NCBI GenBank assembly: GCA_965215195.1
Contig: CBDCDC010000002.1
Span: forward strand, 1,344,001 to 1,408,000
DNA from: Candidatus Latescibacterota bacterium
Lineage (GTDB): Bacteria; Latescibacterota; UBA2968; UBA8231
Reading direction: 5' to 3'
DNA: 64,000 nucleotides
Numbering within the stretch: position 1 is the stretch's first letter; each line of letters starts with the position of its first letter. This document shows positions 39,509 to 48,918 of this stretch, piece after piece. A program made the translations under genes and the position numbers. The notes below the pieces were generated by a model, which worked only from the letters and a program-made list of their open reading frames with translations, made no database searches and was not told the origin of the DNA.

Positions 39509-40488
39509 AAAGACGAGTATTTTCGGGCATTCAGCCTTCGGGCCACCTCCACCTCGGCAACTACATCGGTGCCATCCGCAACTGGCTGGCAAACCTCGAT
39601 GGCCGCGACAATGTCTTCTGCGTGGTCGATCAGCACGCCATCACCGTTGACTACGACCCGGACGCACTGCGCGAGGGGACGCGCCAAGCGGTGGCCCTGT
39701 ACATGGCCTGTGGTCTCGATCCGGCCAAGTGCCGCCTTTTCGTGCAGTCGCACATCCCCGAACACACCGAGTTGGCTTGGCTTTTGACTTGTATCACGCC
39801 GATGGGCTGGCTGGAGCGGATGACCCAGTTCAAAGAACGGGTCGGCCCTCGGCGCGAGCGGGTCGGCACGGGGCTGTTCGTCTATCCGACGCTCATGGCC
39901 GCCGACATTTTGCTCTACCAGTCCCATGAGGTGCCCGTGGGCGACGATCAGAAACAGCACGTGGAACTGACGCGCGACATTGCCGAGCGCTTCAACCGCA
40001 AATTCGGTGAAGTGCTCACGGTGCCCGAACCGGTCATTCCCCAAGTTGGGGCGCGGATTATGGGACTGGACGACCCGACGGCGAAGATGTCCAAGTCGGC
40101 CACAGGACGCCACCACAGCATTGCTCTGCTCGACAGCCCGGACCAGGTGCGCAAGGCGATTATGCGCGCAGTGACCGATTCGCAGCAGGGCATTGTCTTC
40201 GATCCGCAGCGCCCCGGGCTGTACAACCTTCTGACAATCTACCAAGCATTGACCGGTAGCGGGCACGCCGAGATCGAGACGCATTTTGCCGGCAAGGGGT
40301 ACGGCGACTTAAAAAAGGAACTGGTCGAAGTAGTCATCGCCGAGATCGAGCCGCTCCAAGGCCGCTATCGGGAGTTGACGGCCGATCCCGCGTACATCGA
40401 CGAGGTACTCGCCACAGGCGTCGAGAGGCTGCGCCCGGTCGTTGACGCGACTATGGACGCGGTCCGTCGGGCCATGGGCCACCGATGA
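39505..40488 (+). CDS. trpS: tryptophanyl-tRNA synthetase
   Basis: SGIQPSG.LHLGNY, YPTLMAADIL, VPVGDDQKQH, KMSKS. Confidence 0.96.
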   Translation: MKRRVFSGIQPSGHLHLGNYIGAIRNWLANLDGRDNVFCVVDQHAITVDYDPDALREGTRQAVALYMACGLDPAKCRLFVQSHIPEHTELAWLLTCITPMGWLERMTQFKERVGPRRERVGTGLFVYPTLMAADILLYQSHEVPVGDDQKQHVELTRDIAERFNRKFGEVLTVPEPVIPQVGARIMGLDDPTAKMSKSATGRHHSIALLDSPDQVRKAIMRAVTDSQQGIVFDPQRPGLYNLLTIYQALTGSGHAEIETHFAGKGYGDLKKELVEVVIAEIEPLQGRYRELTADPAYIDEVLATGVERLRPVVDATMDAVRRAMGHR

Positions 40489-40498
40489 GGGAGCAACT

Positions 40499-40762
40499 AT
40501 GAACCTGAGTGACTGGCGCGAACGCATAGATAGCATTGACCATCAGCTAATCGATCTGCTCAACGAGCGCATGCACTGCGCGCAGGAGATCGGGCGCATC
40601 AAAAAGGCCGCGGGAAAACCAATACGCGATCCCCAGCGCGAACTCGATGTGCTCGCCAAGGTCAAAGCCTACAATCAAGGACTAATTAAGGACGAGGCCC
40701 TAGAGGCACTCTACCGGCTGCTCATCGAAGTGACCACCAACTTCGAGCGCGAGGAGGCTTAG
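40499..40762 (+). CDS. chorismate mutase (AroQ type)
   Basis: L..WRERIDSID.QLI.LLNER, IG.IK, D..RE..VL. Confidence 0.88.
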   Translation: MNLSDWRERIDSIDHQLIDLLNERMHCAQEIGRIKKAAGKPIRDPQRELDVLAKVKAYNQGLIKDEALEALYRLLIEVTTNFEREEA

Positions 40763-41859
40763 CCTTCTTCCGGAGGGCAGTCATCGTCGGCGTGGGCCTG
40801 ATTGGCGGCTCCATAGGCTTGGCGCTCAAGCGCACCGGCTTTGGCGGGCGGCTCGTGGGCGTCAGCCGCCCGGCAACCATCGCCCGCGCACTCGAACTGG
40901 GCGTGATCGACGAGGGATGGGGCTACCACGAGTTGGAGCGGGCACTCAAAGGGGCCGACCTAGTCTTTATCTGCACCCCGATCAAGCGGATTCTCGCGCT
41001 GATTGCGGAGGTGGGTCGGCTCGCCGACCCGGGGACGCTAGTTACCGATGTGGGGAGCACCAAGCGGCGCATCGTCGCGGCGGCCCAAGCCCATTTCAGG
41101 GACGAGGTGTACTTTGTCGGCGGCCACCCCATGGCCGGCTCGGAAAAGGCCGGCGTGGCCGCGGCCGATCCGTTCCTCTTCCAAAATGCGATCTACATTT
41201 TAGTTCCCGACCAAAAGGTTCCGGCCGAACGCTACGAGGCGTTGACCGCGCTCTTGCGGCAGGTCGGGGCGCGGGTGATGGAGCTGGACGCTGAGGCACA
41301 CGACCGGGCGGTCGCCGCGATCAGCCACTTGCCGCAGATGCTGGCGACCTCGCTGGTGGGCATGGTCGGGCGGCTCAATGCCGAGCGGGACCACTTCCTA
41401 CCGCTGGCCGCCGGCGGTTTCCGCGACTTGACGCGCATTGCCTCCAGCCCATTCGCGCCGGTGTGGGAAGATATCTGCGCGACCAATGCCGACGAGATCC
41501 GTGCGATGATCGACCGCTACATGGCCGCGCTCGCGGATGTGCGGGGGCGGCTGGAGGCCGAGGACCTAAAGGCGGATTTCGATTTTGCCAACGAGATTCG
41601 CGGGTCCATCCCGCGGGATTCAAAGGGGTTTATCCACGCGCTGTACGAGATCTTGGTGCTGGCCGAGGACCGGCCGGGCGTCATCGCCGAGATCGGGCAG
41701 GCGCTGGGGTCGCAAGGGGTAAACATCAACGATATTGAGGTAATGAAGGTGCGCGAGGGCGAGGGAGGGACGCTGCGGCTGGGATTTGACAGCGCGGAGA
41801 GCGCGGAAAACGCGCTGGGAATTTTGGCTCAGCTCGGGTATGTGGCGCGGAGGCCCTAG
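40759..41859 (+). CDS. tyrA: prephenate/arogenate dehydrogenase with C-terminal ACT domain (no canonical start upstream of Rossmann strand 1)
   Basis: VIVGVGLIGGS, DVGSTK, GGHPMAGSE, HD..VA.ISHLP, GFRDLTRIASS, ACT EDRPGVIA; first canonical start GTG 40792 lies inside GxGxxG. Confidence 0.88.
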   Translation, partial: LAFFRRAVIVGVGLIGGSIGLALKRTGFGGRLVGVSRPATIARALELGVIDEGWGYHELERALKGADLVFICTPIKRILALIAEVGRLADPGTLVTDVGSTKRRIVAAAQAHFRDEVYFVGGHPMAGSEKAGVAAADPFLFQNAIYILVPDQKVPAERYEALTALLRQVGARVMELDAEAHDRAVAAISHLPQMLATSLVGMVGRLNAERDHFLPLAAGGFRDLTRIASSPFAPVWEDICATNADEIRAMIDRYMAALADVRGRLEAEDLKADFDFANEIRGSIPRDSKGFIHALYEILVLAEDRPGVIAEIGQALGSQGVNINDIEVMKVREGEGGTLRLGFDSAESAENALGILAQLGYVARRP

Positions 41860-41862
41860 GCC

Positions 41863-43095
41863 ATGGAAGCAGTCGTAAGCCCAGTCAGGAAAATCGCCGC
41901 GCAGATCTCGGTGCCCGGAGAGCGGGCGTCAGCCGAGCGGGCGCTCGTGTTGGCCGCATTGAGCGAAGGAGATAGCACCGTCCGCAACGCGCCCGTTGCC
42001 GCTGGCCGCGTGGTGGCTCTATTGCGCGGGCTGGGCGTTGACATGGCCGAGTGTGCAGGCACCTATGCGGTGCGCGGCGTTGGGCTGCGGGGGTTTCACG
42101 GCGCAGCGGCGCCACTCGACCTAAAAGGGCTGGGCGACACCGCCCTGTTGTTGCTTCCCCTGCTCGCCGGGCAAGCGTTTCGCTCGCGGGTGAAGTTGGG
42201 GATGGAAGCCGAGCGGTGCCAGCCCTTGCTCAACCTGCTGACCCAGCTCGGATTCGCCGTAGAACAGGAGAGCGCAGACACCTTTGTAACCGGGGGACAG
42301 CAAGCCAAAGGGTGCGTCCTCTCCGCGGCACCCGCGACCGATGCCCTAGCACTGGGTGCGCTGGTGGGCGCACTCTTTGCCAAAGGGACGACCGCGCTGA
42401 AAAGCAGTCGCCGCGTGGAGCGATTGTTGCGCGGGCGCGGGGTTGCGGTCGAGCGGCGCAAACTGCTGTCGGTAGAAGGCGGACAGGCACTGCAGGGGGT
42501 TGACGTGGAGGTGCCTGGGCAACTCGCGTTGGCTTATCCGCTCATGGGGGCCGCGCTGTGCCGCAAGAGGTCGCAGCTAACCATCAAGCGCGTGGCCATT
42601 CGCCCTAAGCAGCGGGCCTTCTTGGATTTGCTGCGGCAGATTGGGGCGCAGATAACCGCAGAACACCTCGGGGAAACGACGCGCTTCGAGTGCGATTTGC
42701 ACGTGCGCACCAGCCAGTTAAAGGGGACGCGCGTGGCCGGGTCGCGGGCCGCCAAAGTCACCGACCAGATCGCGCTGCTAGCGGTCTTGGCGACCCAAGC
42801 AAAGGGGACGACGGTCATCCGCGACATCGAAGACGTGCCGCACGTGGAGGATATGTGCGCCGCGCTGCGCTCGCTCGATGCGCGGATTGGCCAGTTCCCG
42901 GAGGGACTCGTCATCAAAGGCGGCTTCCCGCTCCAAGGCGGCCAGCTCGACGGCAAGGGCGACCCCGGTTTAATCATGGCTTTTGCCGTGGCCGGGCTGT
43001 TGGCCGAAGGGGCGCTGACCATCCAAGGCAGCGAGTGCTTGACGCCTATCTGGCCCGATTTTTTCGAGACAGTACACCTTATGCGAGGAGATTGA
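41863..43095 (+). CDS. aroA: EPSP synthase (AroA) homolog with degenerate active-site motifs
   Basis: AroA-like scaffold (VPG..., LAALSEGDS, V.GVGL.G, VPG, G.TVIRD, MAFAVAGL, WPDFF) and position after tyrA, but catalytic motifs are altered. Confidence 0.65.
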   Translation: MEAVVSPVRKIAAQISVPGERASAERALVLAALSEGDSTVRNAPVAAGRVVALLRGLGVDMAECAGTYAVRGVGLRGFHGAAAPLDLKGLGDTALLLLPLLAGQAFRSRVKLGMEAERCQPLLNLLTQLGFAVEQESADTFVTGGQQAKGCVLSAAPATDALALGALVGALFAKGTTALKSSRRVERLLRGRGVAVERRKLLSVEGGQALQGVDVEVPGQLALAYPLMGAALCRKRSQLTIKRVAIRPKQRAFLDLLRQIGAQITAEHLGETTRFECDLHVRTSQLKGTRVAGSRAAKVTDQIALLAVLATQAKGTTVIRDIEDVPHVEDMCAALRSLDARIGQFPEGLVIKGGFPLQGGQLDGKGDPGLIMAFAVAGLLAEGALTIQGSECLTPIWPDFFETVHLMRGD

Positions 43096-43097
43096 AC

Positions 43098-43238
43098 ATG
43101 CTGGGACTCTTTCGGCTCTTTATAGGCGTGGCCGTGCTGTTGAGCGGCGGCCTACTCGCCATTCGCCTGCTCTACGGAGTATCGTGGCGCGAATCCCTAG
43201 AGATTGCCAACAGCTTTATTGAGGATTTGCTGGGGTAA
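43098..43238 (+). CDS. small membrane protein (46 aa)
   Basis: GAGGAG RBS; MLGLFRLFIGVAVLLSGGLLAIRLLYG. Confidence 0.5.
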   Translation: MLGLFRLFIGVAVLLSGGLLAIRLLYGVSWRESLEIANSFIEDLLG

Positions 43239-43320
43239 TCCCAGCGATGCTGTGGGGCTGGGCTGGACATTCTATTAGGCTCCGGAGGGCGCGGTTGAAC
43301 TAGATAGACTGAGATTGATC

Positions 43321-43977
43321 ATGCCAATCCCAGATGCCCCTAAAATTTATCACATCTTCCATGTGGACCGCCTGCCCTCCATCATTAGCGACGGCTGCCT
43401 GTGGTGCGATAAGGAAGCGGCCCGGCGATCAATCGATGGAACGATGATTGGTATGAACCATCTCAAGCAGCGGCGGTTAGGATTGCATCTGCGGAGCCAC
43501 CCCGGCCTCCGCGTTGGCGACTGTGTGCCATTTTACTTCTCCCCACGTTCGGTCATGCTCTATGTGATCTACCGAAGGGAGCATTCAGATTTGTCCTATC
43601 GGGGCGGACAGGACCCCATCATTCATCTGGAGGCAAACTTGGCGCAAACGGTTGAGTGGGCGGACGACGAGGGGTGGCGCTGGGCATTCACGAACTCGAA
43701 TGCTGGCGGCTTTTCCTCTCGTGATTGGTGCAACTGGGAGCAATTAGATCAGATCAACTGGAATGCGGTACAAGCTAAAATGTGGAGCGGTCCCGATGTT
43801 GATCCATCCGTTAAGGAACACAAGCAAGCGGAATTCCTAGTTGAGCGGCGTTTCCCATGGAAGTTGGTGAACCGCATTGGCGTCTACTCGCAACAAGTCG
43901 AAAAGCAGGTGAGTGTCGCCTTGCGGGGGGCCAGTCATCAACCTCTTGTCGAAGTTAAGAGGGAGTGGTATTACTGA
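43321..43977 (+). CDS. darT: DarT DNA ADP-ribosyltransferase toxin (DUF4433)
   Basis: IYHIFHVDRL.SI, IG...LK.RR, VPFYF.PRS.MLY, FTNSNA, QAEFLV, terminal WYY. Confidence 0.9.
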   Translation: MPIPDAPKIYHIFHVDRLPSIISDGCLWCDKEAARRSIDGTMIGMNHLKQRRLGLHLRSHPGLRVGDCVPFYFSPRSVMLYVIYRREHSDLSYRGGQDPIIHLEANLAQTVEWADDEGWRWAFTNSNAGGFSSRDWCNWEQLDQINWNAVQAKMWSGPDVDPSVKEHKQAEFLVERRFPWKLVNRIGVYSQQVEKQVSVALRGASHQPLVEVKREWYY

Positions 43978-43994
43978 ACAGAAAGGAGAACACT

Positions 43995-44498
43995 ATGATC
44001 GAATACAAGACCGGCGACCTCATGGCCGAAGAGGTCGAAGCCTTGGTCAACACTGTCAACTGCGTCGGGGTTATGGGACGCGGTATCGCACTTCAGTTTA
44101 AGAAGGAGTTCCCGGAAAACTTCAAAGTCTATGCCAACGCATGCAGGCGTAAGGACGTTAAGTTAGGCCAGATGTTCGTGTTCGAGAGAGATGATATGTT
44201 TTCTCCGCAGCCGCGGTACATCATCAACTTTCCGACCAAGCGGCACTGGCGCAACAAGAGCAGGATGGAGGATATCGAGTCCGGGTTGGCGTCGCTTGTA
44301 ACGGAGATTCGGGAACGCGGCATCCGCTCAATTGCCATCCCAGCACTCGGTAGTGGTTTGGGCGGGTTGAACTGGTACGCAGTACGCACTCGCATGCAAA
44401 AGGCTCTAACAGAACTGGACGACGTGAAGATCGTCATATTCGAGCCGGACAGTGGGCCGGTCACACCCAAGCCAACCGTTCAAGCGACATTCCAATAA
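43995..44498 (+). CDS. darG: DarG-type macrodomain antitoxin (macrodomain only)
   Basis: GDL, ALVNTVNCVGVMGRGIA.QFK, INFPTKRHWR, SIAIPALGSGLGGL.W; ends at 167 aa. Confidence 0.85.
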   Translation: MIEYKTGDLMAEEVEALVNTVNCVGVMGRGIALQFKKEFPENFKVYANACRRKDVKLGQMFVFERDDMFSPQPRYIINFPTKRHWRNKSRMEDIESGLASLVTEIRERGIRSIAIPALGSGLGGLNWYAVRTRMQKALTELDDVKIVIFEPDSGPVTPKPTVQATFQ

Positions 44499-44533
44499 AT
44501 GTTCGTCTTAAGTCGGCTTCAAAGGAGACTTTT

Positions 44534-45382
44534 GTGATTTCCGGGACGACGCGGGTGCTCGGCGTCATCGGCGACCCGGTCGCACACACAGCGTCGCCGG
44601 CCATGCACAACGCCGCGCTCCGGGCGCTGAATCTCGACTATGTGTACGCGGCGTTCCGCGTTGCTCCCGCAGCCTTGCCCCAAGCGCTCGCCGGAATGCG
44701 CGCCTTCGGCATGGTCGGGCTGAATGTAACCGTGCCGCACAAGCAGGCCGTCATGGCGCATCTCGACGAGATTTCCGCCGAGGCCCAGAGCATTGGCGCG
44801 GTCAATACCATTGCCAACCGCGATGGGCGGCTCGTGGGGTACAATACCGACGCCTTTGGGATTGTCCAAAGCCTCAGGGCCGATGGCGGCTTGGACCCGC
44901 TGCCGCCCAAGGTCGCGCTCCTCGGGGCGGGCGGGGCGGCGCGGGCCGTGCTCTACGCGCTGCTGGCGCGGGAGGAGGTGGAGGAGGTGCTGCTGCTCAA
45001 CCGCACGGTGGAAAAGGCCGCAGCCCTCGCCGGTGACCTCGACCGCGCTGGCAAGGTGCGGGTCGGGTCGCTGGCCGAGAGTGGGGTGATTGGGGACGCT
45101 GGTTTGCTCATCAATGCCACGGCGCTGGGGATGCACCCCCGCGCCGACGTTTCGCCGCTGGCAGACCCGTCGTGCCTACACGAGCACATGTTGGTCGCCG
45201 ACATTGTGTACAACCCGCTGGAGACCGCGCTCATGCGGCAGGCTGCCGCTGCTGGTGCGCCGGCGATCAACGGCTTGGGGATGCTCGCTTGGCAGGGCGC
45301 GCGTTCGTTTGAGATATGGACGGGTGTGGAGCCGCCGGTCGAGGCGATGATGGCGGCCGCACTGGAGCATTTCCCCGGCTAG
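44534..45382 (+). CDS. aroE: shikimate dehydrogenase
   Basis: GDPVAHT.SP.MHN, NVTVPHK, GAVNT, NTD, GAGGAA, NRT, DIVYNP, GLGML..QG. Confidence 0.95.
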   Translation: MISGTTRVLGVIGDPVAHTASPAMHNAALRALNLDYVYAAFRVAPAALPQALAGMRAFGMVGLNVTVPHKQAVMAHLDEISAEAQSIGAVNTIANRDGRLVGYNTDAFGIVQSLRADGGLDPLPPKVALLGAGGAARAVLYALLAREEVEEVLLLNRTVEKAAALAGDLDRAGKVRVGSLAESGVIGDAGLLINATALGMHPRADVSPLADPSCLHEHMLVADIVYNPLETALMRQAAAAGAPAINGLGMLAWQGARSFEIWTGVEPPVEAMMAAALEHFPG

Positions 45383-45429
45383 ACCGCTGGTTGAATGGAC
45401 GGAATAAAGACAAACAACGTAGATAGCGC

Positions 45430-47145
45430 ATGATAACCGAATCATTAGAAACGCGCATTAGCGCGGCACTGGCCCGAGCAGGCGCGCCGGCCGGTTCCCC
45501 GGCTCTGGTCGGCCCGGCCACTCGCCCGGAGTTCGGCGATTACCAAGCCAACGGCGTGATGGCTGCGGCCAAGAAGCTCAAGACCAACCCCCGCGCACTC
45601 GCCGCCCAAGTCGTGGCGGAACTGGATCTAGAGGATATGGCCGCGTCCGTAGATATCGCCGGCCCGGGCTTTATCAATATCCAGCTCAAGGGCGAGTGGC
45701 TGGCCGCGCAGTTGGGAAACGTGTTGGCCGATCCGCGACTTGGCGTACCCAAAGACGCGCCGCAAAAGGTCGTACTCGACTACTCGCATCCCAACTTGGC
45801 CAAGGAAATGCACATCGGCCATTTGCGCAGCACGGTCATTGGCGACGCCATAGCCCGCGTCCTCGAATTTTTGGGCCACGAAGTGGTGCGCCACAATCAC
45901 GTGGGGGACTGGGGGACGCAGTTTGGGATGCTCATCGCCCACTTGGACCAGCTCGCGGACCCGGCTACGGAATTGGCCGATCTAGAAGTATTCTACCAAT
46001 CGGCGCGTCAGCGCTTTGACCAAGACGCGGCCTTTGCCGATCTGTCGCGGGAATACGTGGTCAAGTTGCAACGCGGCGACCCACACGTGCTGCGGATGTG
46101 GCAGCAGTTTATCGACGAGTCGCTCGCCCACGGCCAGCGCATATACGCGGCCCTAGGGGTCGGTCTCAAACCCGCAGACGTGCGAGGCGAGAGCGCGTAC
46201 AACGACGACTTGCCCGACGTGGTTGAGGACTTGCGGACCAAGGGCCTGCTTAAAGAGTCCAATGGCGCGCAGTGCGTGTTCTTGGAGGAATTCAAAAACA
46301 AGGACGGCCAGGTCACGCCGGTGATCGTGCAGAAGTCGGACGGCGGCTATTTGTATGCAACGAGCGACCTCGCGGCCGTGCGCTACCGGGCCGGCGACCT
46401 CGCGGCCGACCGCATCCTCTACATCGTGGATGCGCGCCAGTCGTTTCACTTGCAGCAAGTCTTTGCGGTGGCGCGGGCGGCCGGGTACGCGCCGGCCACG
46501 ACCGCTTTGGAGCACCACGCGTTTGGCGCGATTTTAGGCGCGGACAACCGGCCTTTCAGGACGCGGGCCGGCGGCACGGTCAAGCTGATGGACGTGCTAG
46601 AGGAAGGCGTGGTGCGGGCCTTTGCCCAAGTGAGCGCGAAAAACCCCGCGCTGGACGAGGCCGAGCGGCAGCACATCGCCCGCGTGATTGGCATTGCCAG
46701 CGTCAAGTACATGGAGCTGTCGTTCAACCGCACTTCGGACTACGTGTTCGACTGGGACAAGATGCTGGCCCTCGACGGCAACACCGCTCCGTACATGCTC
46801 TACTCCTATGCCCGCATCCAGAGCATGTTCCGCCGCGCCGGCGTGGATGGAGGGGCGCTCAGGGGCGCGATTGCCCTTGGCGCAAGGGCCGAGCATGCGC
46901 TCGCCATCAAGCTATTGCAGTTTCCCGAGCAGGTCGCGGCCGTAGCTGGCCAGTGCTATCCGCACGTGCTCTGCAACTATCTCTACGAGTTGGCGGATGC
47001 CTTTATGAAGTTCTACGAGCAGTGCCCGGTCCTCCGCGCGGCCGAGCCGGTGCGCACGAGCCGGCTGCTGCTGGCGCTGTTGACCGCGCGCATCCTGCGC
47101 CAGGGCCTCAACCTGCTCGGCATCGAGACCCTCGAGCGAATGTGA
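45430..47145 (+). CDS. argS: arginyl-tRNA synthetase
   Basis: FGDYQ.N, PNLAKEMHIGHLRS, NHVGDWGTQFG, GNTAPY, LLGIE.LERM. Confidence 0.96.
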   Translation: MITESLETRISAALARAGAPAGSPALVGPATRPEFGDYQANGVMAAAKKLKTNPRALAAQVVAELDLEDMAASVDIAGPGFINIQLKGEWLAAQLGNVLADPRLGVPKDAPQKVVLDYSHPNLAKEMHIGHLRSTVIGDAIARVLEFLGHEVVRHNHVGDWGTQFGMLIAHLDQLADPATELADLEVFYQSARQRFDQDAAFADLSREYVVKLQRGDPHVLRMWQQFIDESLAHGQRIYAALGVGLKPADVRGESAYNDDLPDVVEDLRTKGLLKESNGAQCVFLEEFKNKDGQVTPVIVQKSDGGYLYATSDLAAVRYRAGDLAADRILYIVDARQSFHLQQVFAVARAAGYAPATTALEHHAFGAILGADNRPFRTRAGGTVKLMDVLEEGVVRAFAQVSAKNPALDEAERQHIARVIGIASVKYMELSFNRTSDYVFDWDKMLALDGNTAPYMLYSYARIQSMFRRAGVDGGALRGAIALGARAEHALAIKLLQFPEQVAAVAGQCYPHVLCNYLYELADAFMKFYEQCPVLRAAEPVRTSRLLLALLTARILRQGLNLLGIETLERM

Positions 47146-47678
47146 TGGTAAAAGGGCCGGTATTTCTGACGGGGTTTATGGGCGTGGGCAAGACCCAAGT
47201 CGGGCGCATTCTGGCGCGGCAGCTAGGGCGTCGCTTCTTGGACACCGACCGGATGATTGAACAGCGCGCCGGCAAGCCCATTGCGGCGATTTTCGCCGAC
47301 GAAGGCGAGGCGCACTTCCGCCAGCTAGAGCGCGCCTGCGTCCTCGAAACCTGCCAGTGCCCGGATGCCGTAGTGGCCTTGGGCGGCGGGGCGATCACCC
47401 GCGCCGACAATGTCGCGGCCGTGCGCCGCGCCGGCGTCTTGGTCTGTCTCAAGGCCGATGTGGATACGATTTTCGCCCGCGTCAGGCGCCGCGTCCACCG
47501 GCCCTTGCTCGCCGGGTTGGGGCCGCAGGCCCAGCGCGCCAAGATAGAGTCCCTGCTCCGCGAGCGCACTCCGTTCTACGAGCAAGCCCACCTCGAGCTG
47601 TACACCACGCAGGCACAGACGCCTGAGGACACGGCGAGGCAACTCCGCAACTTACTGGAGAGCTATGCAAAGAATTGA
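47145..47678 (+). CDS. aroK: shikimate kinase
   Basis: GFMGVGKT, D.D..IE, GE.HFR..E, ALGGG, RPLL, R.PFY. Confidence 0.93.
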   Translation: MVKGPVFLTGFMGVGKTQVGRILARQLGRRFLDTDRMIEQRAGKPIAAIFADEGEAHFRQLERACVLETCQCPDAVVALGGGAITRADNVAAVRRAGVLVCLKADVDTIFARVRRRVHRPLLAGLGPQAQRAKIESLLRERTPFYEQAHLELYTTQAQTPEDTARQLRNLLESYAKN

Positions 47679-48774
47679 CTTAGACCTCCCGGGGGCTGCA
47701 TACCCCATCTTCGTCGGCCACGACATCCTCGGGGAACTGGGGCCGCGTTGCCGCGACTTGGCCTTGGGCCGGCAGGTCGCGCTGGTGACCGACGAGCTCG
47801 TGGCGGCGCACTACCTACAGCCTGCGGCCGCCAGCTTGCGCCGGGCCGGATTCGAGGTGTTGGAGATCGTCTATGCCGGGGGCGAGAGTGCCAAGACCTT
47901 GGGCGGGGCCGAAGGCATTTTCGCGCAGATGATCGAGGCCGAGTTCGACCGCGGCGCTTGGGTCGTAGCCCTCGGCGGGGGCGTGGTCGGCGACATGGCC
48001 GGCTTTGTGGCCTCCACCTATTTGCGCGGCGTGCCCTACGTGCAGGTGCCTACGACCATCGTCGCGCAGGTGGATTCGAGCATTGGCGGCAAGACCGGGG
48101 TCAACCACGCGCTGGGCAAAAACCTAATCGGCACCTTTCACCAGCCGCGCTTGGTCTTGGCCGACACGACCGCCCTGCACTCGCTGCCGCGGTCGGAGCG
48201 GGTCGCGGGCATGGCCGAGGTGGTCAAGCACGGGCTGATCCGCGACGCCGCGCTCTTCGCCTTTTTGGAGGAGCACTTGGAGGCGGTCGTGGACATGGCG
48301 CTGGCACCGGCGACCTTGGACTGGCTCATTGGCCGCAATGTCGAGATCAAGGCCGCGGTGGTGGCCGCCGACGAAAAGGAGCAGGGCTTGCGGGCCATCC
48401 TCAATTACGGGCACACCATTGGGCACGCGATTGAGGCCGCCACGGACTACAGCCGCTACCGGCACGGGGAAGCGGTGATTTTGGGCTCAATCGCCGCGGG
48501 CGAAATCGCCTGCCGCGAGGGATTTTGGTCCTCCGCAGAAAGGCAGCGGCAGGACGCGTTGCTGGAGAGATTGGGGGTGCCTCCGGGATTGGCCGCGGTC
48601 GAGGCGGAGCGGATTTTGGCCTGTGCTTATGCCGACAAGAAGCGGGTGGATGGGCGGTTGCGGTTCGTGCTGGGTCGGCGGATTGGGGAGGTGGAGGTCG
48701 TGGAGGGAATAACCGATGCGACAGTGCGCGCAGCCATTGCATACGCGCAGCAGTACTCTGGGCGCGACCCATGA
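47665..48774 (+). CDS. aroB: 3-dehydroquinate synthase
   Basis: GE..K, LGGGVVGD.AGF, PTT, DSSIGGKTG.N, KNLIG.FHQP, LNYGHT.GHAIE, HGEAV. Confidence 0.96.
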   Translation: MQRIDLDLPGAAYPIFVGHDILGELGPRCRDLALGRQVALVTDELVAAHYLQPAAASLRRAGFEVLEIVYAGGESAKTLGGAEGIFAQMIEAEFDRGAWVVALGGGVVGDMAGFVASTYLRGVPYVQVPTTIVAQVDSSIGGKTGVNHALGKNLIGTFHQPRLVLADTTALHSLPRSERVAGMAEVVKHGLIRDAALFAFLEEHLEAVVDMALAPATLDWLIGRNVEIKAAVVAADEKEQGLRAILNYGHTIGHAIEAATDYSRYRHGEAVILGSIAAGEIACREGFWSSAERQRQDALLERLGVPPGLAAVEAERILACAYADKKRVDGRLRFVLGRRIGEVEVVEGITDATVRAAIAYAQQYSGRDP

Positions 48775-48918
48775 TTCGGGCGTTACTCAAACGTTGTGGA
48801 GAACGCCATCGCCCAACGCACGGACATCCACTCGCTTACAAACGAGACGATCTTTACGCGCTCTGCATTTACCAAATCGCCGTTCTCTAACCTACTTAAT
48901 CCAAAGGGCGACAACACC

